From: Sphingomonadales bacterium Ga0077557
Lineage (GTDB): Bacteria > Pseudomonadota > Alphaproteobacteria > Sphingomonadales > Sphingomonadaceae
NCBI GenBank assembly: GCA_001464615.1
Contig: LNFI01000010.1
Coordinates: 38,867 to 102,866, forward strand
Direction of reading: 5' to 3'
DNA length: 64,000 nucleotides
In this document: positions 41,802 to 51,319 of the stretch, in pieces
How the letters are laid out: each line of letters begins with the position of its first letter
Position numbering within the stretch: position 1 is the first letter of the stretch
Translations under genes and position numbers: made by a program
Notes under the pieces: generated by a model
The model's input: the letters and a program-made list of their open reading frames with translations, nothing else
Databases searched by the model: none
What the model was told of the DNA's origin: nothing

Positions 41802-42542
41802 TTACAGCATCGCCATGCCGCCATTCACATGCAGCGTCTGGCCAGTGACATAGCCTGCCTCGCGGCTCGACAGATAGACGACGGCGGCACCAATATCAGG
41901 GCCTTCGCCCATATGCCCCGCCGGGATGCGGGCATTGAGCGCTTCTTTCTGGGCATCGGGCAGCCCATCCGTCATCGCGGTCCGGATAAAGCCGGGCGCA
42001 ACGCAATTGACGGTGATTCCGCGGCTAGCCAGCTCCTGGGCAAGCGCCTTGGACATCGCCGTCAGCCCGCCTTTGGAGGCCGCATAATTGGCCTGACCGG
42101 GGTTACCCGTCGCCCCCACAACCGACGTTATCGAGATGATCCGGCCAAACCGCGCCTTCATCATCGGTCGTGCCGCGGCGCGCGCGAGCCGAAAGGCCGC
42201 TTCCAGATTGACGCGGATCACCTGATCCCATTCGTCATCCTTCATCCGCATCACCAGATTGTCGCGCGTCAGCCCGGCATTATTGACGAGAATATCCAGC
42301 TTGCCGCCAAGCGCCTCAACCGCTTGACCGACCAGCGCGTCGACCGCGCTGCCATCTGACAGGTCGCACGGCACGGCAACATGATCACCGCCCAAACTTG
42401 CCCGAAATGCCTCCAGCTTGTCGACATTCGATCCCGACACAGCCAGCCGAGCGCCCTGCCCCGCCAAAGCCTGCGCGATCGCCGAACCAATCCCCCCCGA
42501 AGCACCAGTCACCAACGCCGTCATGCCAGTTAGGTCGAACAT
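41802..42542 (-). CDS. fabG: 3-oxoacyl-ACP reductase
   Basis: TGASGGIG, VNNAG, NYAASK, VAPGFI. Confidence 0.96.
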   Translation of the reverse strand: MFDLTGMTALVTGASGGIGSAIAQALAGQGARLAVSGSNVDKLEAFRASLGGDHVAVPCDLSDGSAVDALVGQAVEALGGKLDILVNNAGLTRDNLVMRMKDDEWDQVIRVNLEAAFRLARAAARPMMKARFGRIISITSVVGATGNPGQANYAASKGGLTAMSKALAQELASRGITVNCVAPGFIRTAMTDGLPDAQKEALNARIPAGHMGEGPDIGAAVVYLSSREAGYVTGQTLHVNGGMAML

Positions 42543-42543
42543 G

Positions 42544-42972
42544 TCATTCTATCCTCTTGATTTGGTTCACGCGGAGGCGCGGAGACGCGGAGTGGTGGTC
42601 ATTGACAACGCGTTTCACGCCTTCTTTGAGCGTTGCACCGCCGAAGTTGATCAGCAGCCCTACGGGCTGCCTTGTCAGTCTCAAATAGGTAAGCAATTGC
42701 TTGCCATGGGCTGCGGTCAACCGCTCGGTAGATTTGATTTCGACAATCAAGCGACCGTCAACCAGCAGGTCAATCTTGAATGCAGCTTCAAAGCACATTC
42801 CGTCAAAATTGATATCGACGGGACGCTGGCGAGCGACGGCATAGCCCATCCGCGTCAACCGGCCTGCAAGAAGCAACTCATAGACGCTTTCCAGCAGGCC
42901 CGGCCCCAATTCGCGATGCAGCTTGAGCGCTACATCGAGAACATCGCCGCTGATCTCGTCGATGTCCCTCAC
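42544..42972 (-). CDS. GxxExxY protein (PD-(D/E)XK nuclease superfamily)
   Basis: GPGLLESVYE signature, IDLLVDGRLIVEIKS, QLLTYL, GLLINFG. Confidence 0.92.
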   Translation of the reverse strand: MRDIDEISGDVLDVALKLHRELGPGLLESVYELLLAGRLTRMGYAVARQRPVDINFDGMCFEAAFKIDLLVDGRLIVEIKSTERLTAAHGKQLLTYLRLTRQPVGLLINFGGATLKEGVKRVVNDHHSASPRLRVNQIKRIE

Positions 42973-43006
42973 TTCTTCTCCGCGCCTCCGCGCCTCCGCG
43001 TGAACC
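42564..43006. repeat. 29-bp inverted repeats (42564-42592, 42978-43006), each with three NCGCGGAG units, flanking the GxxExxY gene
   Basis: GGTTCACGCGGAGGCGCGGAGACGCGGAG versus reverse complement of right copy GGTTCACGCGGAGGCGCGGAGGCGCGGAG: 28/29. Confidence 0.93.
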
Positions 43007-43012
43007 CAAAAG

Positions 43013-43948
43013 TTATAACGTCTTCGCCAGCGCCTCGATATCGGCCATCGTCACCACCCCAATTGCCTCGGCGTCTTCAACAGTGCGCTTCACCATCGGT
43101 GCCAGCACTTTTCCGCCAAATTCGACAAAACTATCGACCCCCGCCGCATGCATCGCCAGCATCGTTTCCCGCCAGCGCACCACGCCGGTTACCTGATCGA
43201 CCAGCCGCGCACGGATCTCGTCAGGTACCGTGATCGGGGCGGCCAGCACATTGGCGAACACCGCAACCAAGGGCGTGTCGATCCGCGCCGCCTTCAGCGC
43301 ATGCAGCATCAAATCAGCGGCGGGTTGCATCAGGCTGCAGTGAAAAGGCGCCGATACGCTCAGCATCATGCCGCGCTTGGCCCCCATATCCTTGGCCATG
43401 GCCACTGCCCGCTCGATCGCGCCGATATGGCCGGACAAAACGACCTGGCCAGCGGCGTTATCATTGGCGACGGCGCACACTTCACCCTGCGCCGCTGCAT
43501 CGGCGATCGCCTGGGCCTGTTCCAGCGTCGCCCCCAGCAGCGCCGCCATCCCGCCAAGACCGACCGGCACTGCATTCTGCATTGCCCGGCCGCGAATCTT
43601 GAGCAACCGCGCCGTCAGCGACAAACTCATCGCGTCCGCCGCGCACAAGGCGGTATATTCGCCCAGCGAATGCCCCGCCACGAATTGTGCTTTTTCGGAA
43701 ATGCGGATGCCGCCTTCGCGCTCCAGCACCCGTAATGTCGCAATCGCATTCGCCATGATCGCTGGCTGCGCGTTTTCGGTCAGCGTCAGCTCGTCTTCGG
43801 GTCCTTCGGTCATCAGCTTGAACAGGTTCTGGCCGATCGACTCATCGACCTCCTGAAAGACTTCGCGGGCGATTGGGCTGGCATCGGCCAGCGCCCGGCC
43901 CATGCCGACTGCCTGGCTACCTTGCCCGGGAAAGAGAAAAGCGCGGAT
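43013..43948 (-). CDS. fabD: Malonyl-CoA-ACP transacylase (apparent ATC start)
   Basis: RAFLFPGQGSQ, GHSLGEY, SAPFHCS; no ATG/GTG/TTG between the upstream in-frame TAA and FPGQGSQ; GGAG 8 nt before ATC. Confidence 0.9.
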   Translation of the reverse strand: MRAFLFPGQGSQAVGMGRALADASPIAREVFQEVDESIGQNLFKLMTEGPEDELTLTENAQPAIMANAIATLRVLEREGGIRISEKAQFVAGHSLGEYTALCAADAMSLSLTARLLKIRGRAMQNAVPVGLGGMAALLGATLEQAQAIADAAAQGEVCAVANDNAAGQVVLSGHIGAIERAVAMAKDMGAKRGMMLSVSAPFHCSLMQPAADLMLHALKAARIDTPLVAVFANVLAAPITVPDEIRARLVDQVTGVVRWRETMLAMHAAGVDSFVEFGGKVLAPMVKRTVEDAEAIGVVTMADIEALAKTL

Positions 43949-44021
43949 GGTCCTAGCTCCTGATTGCCGCTCGAAGCGGCCCCGTTAGGAGCGTGGCGCC
44001 AGACTGGCAAGCATTGCAGCG

Positions 44022-45461
44022 TCAGCGCGGCATGCGCACCAGCAGCATCGTTTGATTTGGCGTGAACATCCGCCGCTGCAACGGCGACGGGACAAATGCG
44101 CGGCCGCCCAGTGAATCAATCAGCCCCCCAAGCGGCGTTGGCGGGGAAGGATACCGCGCCAGCACAACTCCAGCTGGCGCGATCGATTGCGGTGCCAGGA
44201 CAAGGCCGCCCGGCTGTGTCGGCACCGGGCGAAGATTTGCCCGGCCCGCAAAGCGCATCGGCAGCACTGCCCGGCGCACCATGACGGGGTCGCCGCTGAT
44301 CATTTCTGCTGGATGGGCTTTGCTGGCGGCGAGCAGCGCCTCCATTTCCCAGCGCGGATGGGCATTGCCCACGCTCAGCATCAGCAGGTTGACCATAATC
44401 ATGCCCCCCAGCACCGGCCATCGCCACCACCCGCCTGACCGCCCCATCCACAGCGCAATCAAGATGATCGCCAAAATGGCAGGCAGCATGAAATAGCGTG
44501 GATTGAGCACCAGTTTTTCGGTCAACACCGCAACCAGCAGAAAATCCGCCGCCGCCATCGCCGCCAGCACGATCATCGGCCCGGCGCGTCCAGCCGGCAG
44601 CAGATTTTGTCGGTTGATCAGGACCGCCAGGCTCGCAACCCAGAACAGCAGGCCGAAGTCATCATTGATGAACAACACCAGCACCGGATCAATCGCGGGG
44701 TGCAGCAGGAAATTACCCTCATGATTGGCCGCACGATCAATGTGGGAATCATGATGAAAGGCGATGTCGTAACGGCGCAGGGGGTCGCCAGTGAGCAGCC
44801 ATTGAAACAGCGCCTCCCCGCCCAATATCAGCGCCAACCCCAGGCCAGCGGCGATCAAACTACCGCGCGAAACGGGTCGGCCGATCAGGAACAGCGGCCC
44901 CATCGCCACCAGCGACAGCAACGATGTTTCACGACAAAGGATCGCGGTGCCGAACAGGACACCGGCGGCCAGCCCGCGCAGCATCGCCGCCCGCCCCACG
45001 CCGCCTTCGCCGAGCAGCCACGCTCCCCCCAGCAACAGCATCGTTTCGAGCAGATCGACCCCCACGGTCGTCGCGTTGCTGACCACGACCGGCAAGGTCG
45101 CTGCGAGCATTGCCGCAATCCAGCCGGTGCGCGCCCCTCCAATCCGGGCAGCGAACAAGCCAACCATCGCGATCAATGCCGCATACCAGAGCAACGCCGT
45201 CGCTGCGAAGGCTGTAAAATTCCGCCCGAACAACATCAGCATCCCGGCAAAGCTCCACAGCAGCGGAAACCGTGTCGCCCAGTGGTTATCGCCGGCAAAG
45301 GGAGGATCGGTCAGCCAATGTTCGGCGCCGACAAAATACAGCGAATCATCCGACGCGATAAACCCGGTCCAGCCGATCGTCAGCGCCGCCACCATCGCCA
45401 GCGCCAGCAGCACGATCGCCCCGGCATGGTCCTGCCGCCGCCATGATTTCCCCTGATCCAT
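44022..45461 (-). CDS. GT-C fold glycosyltransferase (ArnT/PMT family 39-like)
   Basis: Multi-TM; ASDDSLY loop motif, CRET, NPRY. Confidence 0.75.
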   Translation of the reverse strand: MDQGKSWRRQDHAGAIVLLALAMVAALTIGWTGFIASDDSLYFVGAEHWLTDPPFAGDNHWATRFPLLWSFAGMLMLFGRNFTAFAATALLWYAALIAMVGLFAARIGGARTGWIAAMLAATLPVVVSNATTVGVDLLETMLLLGGAWLLGEGGVGRAAMLRGLAAGVLFGTAILCRETSLLSLVAMGPLFLIGRPVSRGSLIAAGLGLALILGGEALFQWLLTGDPLRRYDIAFHHDSHIDRAANHEGNFLLHPAIDPVLVLFINDDFGLLFWVASLAVLINRQNLLPAGRAGPMIVLAAMAAADFLLVAVLTEKLVLNPRYFMLPAILAIILIALWMGRSGGWWRWPVLGGMIMVNLLMLSVGNAHPRWEMEALLAASKAHPAEMISGDPVMVRRAVLPMRFAGRANLRPVPTQPGGLVLAPQSIAPAGVVLARYPSPPTPLGGLIDSLGGRAFVPSPLQRRMFTPNQTMLLVRMPR

Positions 45462-45611
45462 CCTGTCAGGCGTAGCGAAAAAGGGTGGATCCTTGCTTAA
45501 TTTCCGAACGATACCGGCAACCAAGGCAAAACTGCTGACGTCATGCAGTCATTTGCTCGCCATTCGAAATCCGTGCTGTTATGCTCGCGTCGCAACGAGA
45601 GGAAATCGGCC

Positions 45612-46553
45612 ATGTTCCGGATGAGCTTGCGTGCGACATTACTGCTTTTCGCCTTATCGCTCCAGCCGGGCACGGCGGTTGCGCAGCAGCAGCCCTATAA
45701 ATCCGCACCGGGCCCGGAAATCCTGCCCGATAATTTTCACGGCAAGGTCAGCTATTTCGGCAATCACAGCGGTGAAGTCATCGTCGAACGCACCGGCGAA
45801 TCGCGCAAGACCAAGAGCGATTGCACCCGCCCCGATCAGCGCTGCCCAAAACGAATCGGGGGCAGCCTTCAGGTCGATCTGGAATTTGACGGCCTGGTAG
45901 TGCGCGGCAGCTTTCGCGGATCAGGCGGATTGCACGACAGCGGCCTGATCGGTCGCCGCCAGGGCGCGCAATGTCGCTTGTTCGATTTGACCGACGGATC
46001 GGTCTGGGCCGGCCATTGTGATCGCGATGGCTTTGTCGGCACCGTCAAAAGCGTACCTGGCGCAGCCACGCAAATGTCGCTGAATTTCGAAGTCGTCGGC
46101 ACCAAGGTCAATGATTATGCCGAGCGGGATCGTCGTCGGCGTGAGGCTTTGGCCGCCCAGCGTCGCAGCGAATTTCTGCGCGCGGTGATTGGCAGCAATG
46201 CGCCAGTTGATGAGCGCTTTATCGCGGCCATTGAGCTTGATGCCTATAGCTGGCGCTATGACCGGTTGCGGGTAGAGACATTGCGGATCGTTCGGCGCAG
46301 CAAGGAGCGCGGCGGGCGATATCAAATCGAAGCAGAATTCGAATTGTCCAGCGGCGGTCGCGGATGGGCGCGCGGGCAGGTCGATCGCGAATCGGTGGTT
46401 TGTGTCGAATTTTGGGATGTTCAGGGCAAATGCCGCGCCATTAATCTGTCCCCGCAGCTTCCCGATCCAGAGCCCTATGACGATGATAAGCCCTTATCAT
46501 CCTTTGTGATGCCAAAGGCGCTGCCGATTCCGCGTGAGGCCTATGGCGTCTGA
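45612..46553 (+). CDS. Hypothetical secreted protein
   Basis: SD GAGGA; signal peptide ...AVA-Q; several paired Cys. Confidence 0.6.
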   Translation: MFRMSLRATLLLFALSLQPGTAVAQQQPYKSAPGPEILPDNFHGKVSYFGNHSGEVIVERTGESRKTKSDCTRPDQRCPKRIGGSLQVDLEFDGLVVRGSFRGSGGLHDSGLIGRRQGAQCRLFDLTDGSVWAGHCDRDGFVGTVKSVPGAATQMSLNFEVVGTKVNDYAERDRRRREALAAQRRSEFLRAVIGSNAPVDERFIAAIELDAYSWRYDRLRVETLRIVRRSKERGGRYQIEAEFELSSGGRGWARGQVDRESVVCVEFWDVQGKCRAINLSPQLPDPEPYDDDKPLSSFVMPKALPIPREAYGV

Positions 46554-46799
46554 CCGCGCGGCTATCGCTCTCTAAAGGGCGGCGATGACGCGGTGATGCT
46601 CGGCATCACCACTGGCACAATTCATCCACGGCCGATTCCGGGCAGCAGGCTTGCCTTCCGCCCGGTTTTCGCTATGAGAACCGCATCGCTGGGGTAAAGC
46701 GCGCGTCGCTTTGCCCCTGCTTTGCTTTTACGACGACAGCCGGAGGGGCCCCCGCATGGTGCGGTGCGGTCAGCAATCGGCCAAGATGAAGGACAAGAC

Positions 46800-47237
46800 A
46801 TGGCTCTTTATGAGCACGTGTTCCTTGCGCGCCAGGATCTGGCACAAGCGCAGGTGGACGCGCTGGCGGAAACCGCCACCAAGATCATCGAAGACAATAA
46901 GGGCAAGGTCACCAAGACCGAATCCTGGGGTCTCCGTTCGATCGCCTATCGCATCGCGAAGAACCGCAAGGCGCATTATGTGATGCTCGAAATCGACGCC
47001 CCCGCCGGTGTCGTCGCCGAACTCGAGCGCCAGACGCAGATCAACGAAGACATCATCCGCTACATGACCGTGAAGGTCGATGCGTTGGAAGCCGGCCCGT
47101 CGGCGATGATGCGCAAGGGCGATCGTGACCGTGACAGCCGCCGTGGCGGTGAGCGCGGCGACCGTCCGGATCGTGGTGATCGCGGCGACCGTGGCGATCG
47201 CGGCGACCGCCCCCGTCGTGACTTTGACGGCGAATAA
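46800..47237 (+). CDS. rpsF: 30S ribosomal protein S6
   Basis: [26 protein letters not shown]-repeat tail. Confidence 0.97.
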   Translation: MALYEHVFLARQDLAQAQVDALAETATKIIEDNKGKVTKTESWGLRSIAYRIAKNRKAHYVMLEIDAPAGVVAELERQTQINEDIIRYMTVKVDALEAGPSAMMRKGDRDRDSRRGGERGDRPDRGDRGDRGDRGDRPRRDFDGE

Positions 47238-47251
47238 GGAGCATATAGACA

Positions 47252-47476
47252 ATGGCACGCCCATTTTTCCGCCGCCGCAAGAGCTGCCCCTTCTCCGCGA
47301 AGGACGCCCCCCGGATTGACTATAAAGACGTCCGCCTGCTGCAGGGCTTCGTGTCCGAACGCGGCAAGATCGTCCCGTCGCGCATCACCTCGGTGAGCGC
47401 GAAGAAGCAGCGCGAACTCGCCCAGGCGATTAAGCGCGCCCGTCATCTGGGCTTGCTGCCCTATATCGTTAAGTAA
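47252..47476 (+). CDS. rpsR: 30S ribosomal protein S18
   Basis: [30 protein letters not shown]. Confidence 0.98.
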   Translation: MARPFFRRRKSCPFSAKDAPRIDYKDVRLLQGFVSERGKIVPSRITSVSAKKQRELAQAIKRARHLGLLPYIVK

Positions 47477-47488
47477 GGAGGGACTGAC

Positions 47489-48091
47489 ATGGAAGTCATC
47501 CTGCTCGAACGCGTCGAGAAGCTCGGTGCCATCGGCGACGTCGTCAAGGTAAAGGACGGGTTCGCCCGGAATTTCCTGCTCCCCAACAAAAAGGCGCTGC
47601 GTTCGAACGCTGCCAACCGCAAGGTGTTCGAAACCAACCGCGAGCGGATCGTGGCCGAAAACGCCGCGCGCCGTTCGGTTGCGCAGGAAGAGGCCAAGTC
47701 GGTCGACGGCGTCACCGTCACGATGATCCGCCAGTCGTCGAACACCGGCCAGCTCTACGGCTCGGTCGCGGTGCGCGACCTGGTCGAAGCGTTGGATGCC
47801 GAAGGTCACAAGGTCCCGAAGAACGCGATCGTGCTCAACAAGCCGATCAAGGCAATCGGCATCTATGACGTGAAGGTCTCGCTCCACGCCGAAGTATCGG
47901 TGATGATCAAGGTCAACATCGCGCGTTCGCCGGAAGAAGCCGAAATGCAGGCCAAGGGCGTCAACGTGATGGAGGCAATGTTCGAAAAGGACGAAGCCGG
48001 CTTCACTGAGGATTACGATCCCAACGCCGAACCCGGCGCGACCGCCGAAGTGGTGGCCGAAGCGACGGCCGAGGAACCGACCGAAGGTTGA
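47489..48091 (+). CDS. rplI: 50S ribosomal protein L9
   Basis: MEVILLERVEKLG, VKDGFARNFL, GQLYGSV. Confidence 0.98.
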   Translation: MEVILLERVEKLGAIGDVVKVKDGFARNFLLPNKKALRSNAANRKVFETNRERIVAENAARRSVAQEEAKSVDGVTVTMIRQSSNTGQLYGSVAVRDLVEALDAEGHKVPKNAIVLNKPIKAIGIYDVKVSLHAEVSVMIKVNIARSPEEAEMQAKGVNVMEAMFEKDEAGFTEDYDPNAEPGATAEVVAEATAEEPTEG

Positions 48092-48114
48092 TCGCGATAA
48101 GCCGACGAAAATAT

Positions 48115-48147
48115 GGGCCGTCCGGAGTCATCCGGGCGGCCCTTTTT
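48115..48147 (+). terminator. Rho-independent terminator of rpsF-rpsR-rplI
   Basis: GGGCCGTCCGGA-gtca-TCCGGGCGGCCC-TTTTT. Confidence 0.88.
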
Positions 48148-48241
48148 CATTTTCATCGCCAAACGAATGGCAATTACGTATTTGACAAACCCGGCTGTTT
48201 GGTTCAGTAACCAACCATAGTAATTAGTCGGGAGCCGGGTA

Positions 48242-48610
48242 ATGGCAGAGGGCGAAACTTCAGTCGAATTTGGATATGGCACTGTTCGATACAACAAGGC
48301 AATCGAAGCAATTCCTGCTACTAGCAAGACAACTGGCAACATTACGATCAATAATTCAGCGCAGCCAGGCTGCCCCGAGCACTTTCTCGTAACATTTATG
48401 CTAAGTTGCGGGCCGAATGACCGCGCAATGATGAGTCAGAATACTTTTCATTGGACCGAGATCGTAACCGGTATGACACGAAGTGCTCGATATTCCGAAG
48501 TCGAAGCAAAAGCCGCGCGACAACTAGCTCCAAGTCTTCGATCTGTTGCTGACGCGATCGAAAAGATGGTTGCTGAATTTGACGAGAAGGATCGTGGAAA
48601 CGAGGCATAG
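48242..48610 (+). CDS. Hypothetical IS passenger protein
   Basis: 122-aa ORF with GGGAG upstream, inside the IS. Confidence 0.55.
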   Translation: MAEGETSVEFGYGTVRYNKAIEAIPATSKTTGNITINNSAQPGCPEHFLVTFMLSCGPNDRAMMSQNTFHWTEIVTGMTRSARYSEVEAKAARQLAPSLRSVADAIEKMVAEFDEKDRGNEA

Positions 48611-48652
48611 ATAGGTCCTTCTATGGTGCGAATTGCCCGCGCTTTACCGCCA

Positions 48653-48808
48653 TCAGTCGGCTTGCGGCCTCTCCACGGGCTTATGCTTCACGATCTTGCG
48701 CAGCCGCTCGTCAAAGCGGACCTCGTCGTCATCGGTTTCAAGCTCGCGCGCGGCTTCCTTGAATTTGTCAAGCTGGGATGACGGCTTTGTAAGCTTTGGT
48801 TGGGTCAT
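48653..48808 (-). CDS. 51-aa acidic/basic small protein inside the IS (absent from ORF track)
   Basis: MTQPKLTKPSSQLDKFKEAARELETDDDEVRFDERLRKIVKHKPVERPQAD*; SD AGAGGGG. Confidence 0.65.
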   Translation of the reverse strand: MTQPKLTKPSSQLDKFKEAARELETDDDEVRFDERLRKIVKHKPVERPQAD

Positions 48809-50309
48809 TTTTTCCCCTCTTTACGACACTCTCAATTAGTCCAAATTCCACTAGCCGATTGATGTATTTGCTCGCCGTTGGCCACGACTTGGAGGTCAGA
48901 AGTGCGGCCGTTGTTACGTTAATCTGCGGACTTGATTGAAGGTAGGCTAGGATGGTTTTCTCATCTGTTGTCAACACGTCAGCGATGGCTGATGGAACTC
49001 GTTGGAGGCGGGTGTCGTTGCCGACCCGTCTAGACATGATGTCGTTCTCGAGCGTCACATGCACTTGATGAAAATGCGCTTCAATCTGTCGAAACCGAGG
49101 CTCAGGAAGCTTCGCGACTTGCATAGCGTGCCGCATTCGGCGCGTACCTTCAAAACCACAAAACGTGAGTTCCAGATGCATCATCGCTTCCATTAAGAAT
49201 GGATTGCGCGGATTATGAGCATCGTAAACAGTGGTAGCCGTCGTAGGCGGAATGAAGCCCCCCGGACTTTCAACAACGAGCTTATCATCGAATATTTTGA
49301 CGAAAATGTTCTGAGTTTTTAGATTGTACGAACGATGCGCAACTGCATTCACGATCGCCTCAAACCACGCCTCTTCAGGATACTCAGGCTGCAACTCTAT
49401 CCGTCCACTCTCACCAAAACGCTGAAAGTAACGTAATTGAGCGGCAATCAACGGCTTTGCGTCGAACAAAATACGTGATATATTACCATCGATATAAAAA
49501 CTAGCAACAGCGTTTAAATCAGAGCCAAACTGCTCGCTGGTACCTTCGTACCTAATAACTCGAATACGGGCACCGGGAAGGACGTCACGCGGGTCTTTGG
49601 CGAACATCAGGACGCATGCCAGGTTGGGATAAAATACGCCGCCAGATAGCCTTCCTAGCTTTGCTAATTCAAGTAATTCTTCTCTCGACTTGGTTGTCTG
49701 GTAACGCCGATTTATAAAAAAGCGCCGTACAAAGTCGTCCATCTGGGCCACGTCAAAGTCGCTTGGATAGGTCAGCGACGTGGCTTCTAACTCGTAGTGT
49801 ATCTCGCCTTTGGAGATGCGGAGCTCTCTCTTGAGGGCCTCTGACAACTCAATTTTGCGATCGCCTTCACGTATGAAGGCCTTTCCACCCGGGACTTCAA
49901 CAACCTTATCCGGCCGGTATTCCACTCGGAACGCCAATATGAAATCACGAGCACCTTTGGCGTTTACTACCTCAACGGGCTTTGAGGCCCACCGAGCATC
50001 GGGACACAGTGGTGTGAGGTTTTCAAGGGCGTTGATGCCTTTGCCGAGCGAGGCACAGCCGCTCAAGCTGCCATCGTCATCAATGCCAACAAGAATGAGC
50101 CCTCCATGCGGTTGCGTGTTTGACCACATGGAAAGGCACTCGCCGAGCGCCCGTGGTTGGACGCTCGAACTTTTACGCTCGACGCGTCGATCTTCCACGA
50201 ACAAGCCGATGTTTTCACCGGTGAGTCGGTCATAAATTTCGTTCGGGGTCCATAGCTGAATGAGGCTCTCGGACGCCGGTGGGAGATCAAACTCAAGCTG
50301 GTCAGTCAC
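48768..50309 (-). CDS. Schlafen/AlbA_2 domain + HATPase_c_4 + wHTH protein
   Basis: EDRRVERKS...WSNTQPHGGLILVGIDDDG; YPEEAWFEAIVNAVAHRSY...VESPGG...RNPFL; C-terminal HTH. Confidence 0.8.
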   Translation of the reverse strand: MTDQLEFDLPPASESLIQLWTPNEIYDRLTGENIGLFVEDRRVERKSSSVQPRALGECLSMWSNTQPHGGLILVGIDDDGSLSGCASLGKGINALENLTPLCPDARWASKPVEVVNAKGARDFILAFRVEYRPDKVVEVPGGKAFIREGDRKIELSEALKRELRISKGEIHYELEATSLTYPSDFDVAQMDDFVRRFFINRRYQTTKSREELLELAKLGRLSGGVFYPNLACVLMFAKDPRDVLPGARIRVIRYEGTSEQFGSDLNAVASFYIDGNISRILFDAKPLIAAQLRYFQRFGESGRIELQPEYPEEAWFEAIVNAVAHRSYNLKTQNIFVKIFDDKLVVESPGGFIPPTTATTVYDAHNPRNPFLMEAMMHLELTFCGFEGTRRMRHAMQVAKLPEPRFRQIEAHFHQVHVTLENDIMSRRVGNDTRLQRVPSAIADVLTTDEKTILAYLQSSPQINVTTAALLTSKSWPTASKYINRLVEFGLIESVVKRGKNDPTKAYKAVIPA

Positions 50310-50356
50310 AAGGAGGCACTTTCAAATTTGCTTTAGAGTTGCCTTTATAGTTAATT

Positions 50357-51319
50357 TTAGAGTGCCCGATTAGCTGACTTATAGCTCAGCCTCTTGCCCA
50401 CGATTCCTGTCAAAGCGATGTTAACTCGTGCTCGATCGTCGGCGCCGTTAACGACACGGTGGTTATAGCGAGACTCAAATTCTGCGAGATAACGGCGCAA
50501 ATGTTGCTCGCCGCAGCGCTGGTAAATGCCCTTCATGCCGCGCTTGAAAATCGAGAGATAGCCCTCGACAGTGTTCGTGTGGACCTGCGGCATATCGTAA
50601 TCGACATACTGACCGACGCTTTGATTCGTCGTGTCGTGCGCGGGGAAATGCGAAAGCACGCTGCGATAGATGTTGCTTTCATCGATCATCACCACAGCTT
50701 CGCGGGCAATGCTGGCGCGCAAGACCGGCATATTCTCGCGGGCAGTGGCGGTGTCGACCACCATCGTGCGAGCATAGCCCGTGTCGCGATCAATCAGCGC
50801 AAGAACCTTCATCTTGTGGTGAAACGCGCGCTTGACCGGCGCACCTTTCACGCGACCGATAAAAGTCTCGTCCACTTCCGCGATGCCACCACCCGAGCCG
50901 AACGGCGCGAGGTCACCAGAGCGCATAGCTTCGCGGATACGGCGCGACAGGAACCAAGCCGAGTTGTACTGGATTTCGAGGATGCGGCTTAGCTGGTGCG
51001 AGCTGATACCCTTCTTGCTCGACATCATCAGGTGCACGGCCTGGAGCATCAGGTGCAGCGGGAGCTTGGCGTCCTCGAATACGGTGCCGACCTTGACCGT
51101 GAACTGTTTGCGGCACTCGCCACACTTCTTGAGGCCGTGACGCAAAGCCCCTTCCGGGGACTTCTTGGACGGCTTACCGCGCACGCCCGCCAAATCGTAC
51201 ATGCGACGGTTCACAACGCCACAGTGAGGGCAGGCTTTGCCGTCCGCCCAAAAGATGCTTTCCAGGTACTCGAACGCCTTGGCTTCGTCGTGAAAGCGGG
51301 GCTGCGAAAGAACGGACAT
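50357..51319 (-). CDS. IS1595-family DDE transposase
   Basis: Zn ribbon CPHC..C..C; KKGISS; EVDETFIG; IDE...Y; HTNTVEG; GKRLSY. Confidence 0.95.
   Translation of the reverse strand: MSVLSQPRFHDEAKAFEYLESIFWADGKACPHCGVVNRRMYDLAGVRGKPSKKSPEGALRHGLKKCGECRKQFTVKVGTVFEDAKLPLHLMLQAVHLMMSSKKGISSHQLSRILEIQYNSAWFLSRRIREAMRSGDLAPFGSGGGIAEVDETFIGRVKGAPVKRAFHHKMKVLALIDRDTGYARTMVVDTATARENMPVLRASIAREAVVMIDESNIYRSVLSHFPAHDTTNQSVGQYVDYDMPQVHTNTVEGYLSIFKRGMKGIYQRCGEQHLRRYLAEFESRYNHRVVNGADDRARVNIALTGIVGKRLSYKSANRAL

Noticed and set aside
42564-43006. CRISPR or MITE reading of the repeats (also 62385..62406)
   Set aside because: No repeat-spacer periodicity or cas genes; no target-site duplication, so not called a classical IS/MITE.
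46720-46799. Possible S6:S18 autoregulatory leader upstream of rpsF
   Set aside because: Hairpin and CCC are present but I could not match the consensus confidently without a covariance model.
47120-47225. GDR/GGCGACCGT tandem repeats in rpsF
   Set aside because: Usual low-complexity C-terminal tail of alphaproteobacterial S6.
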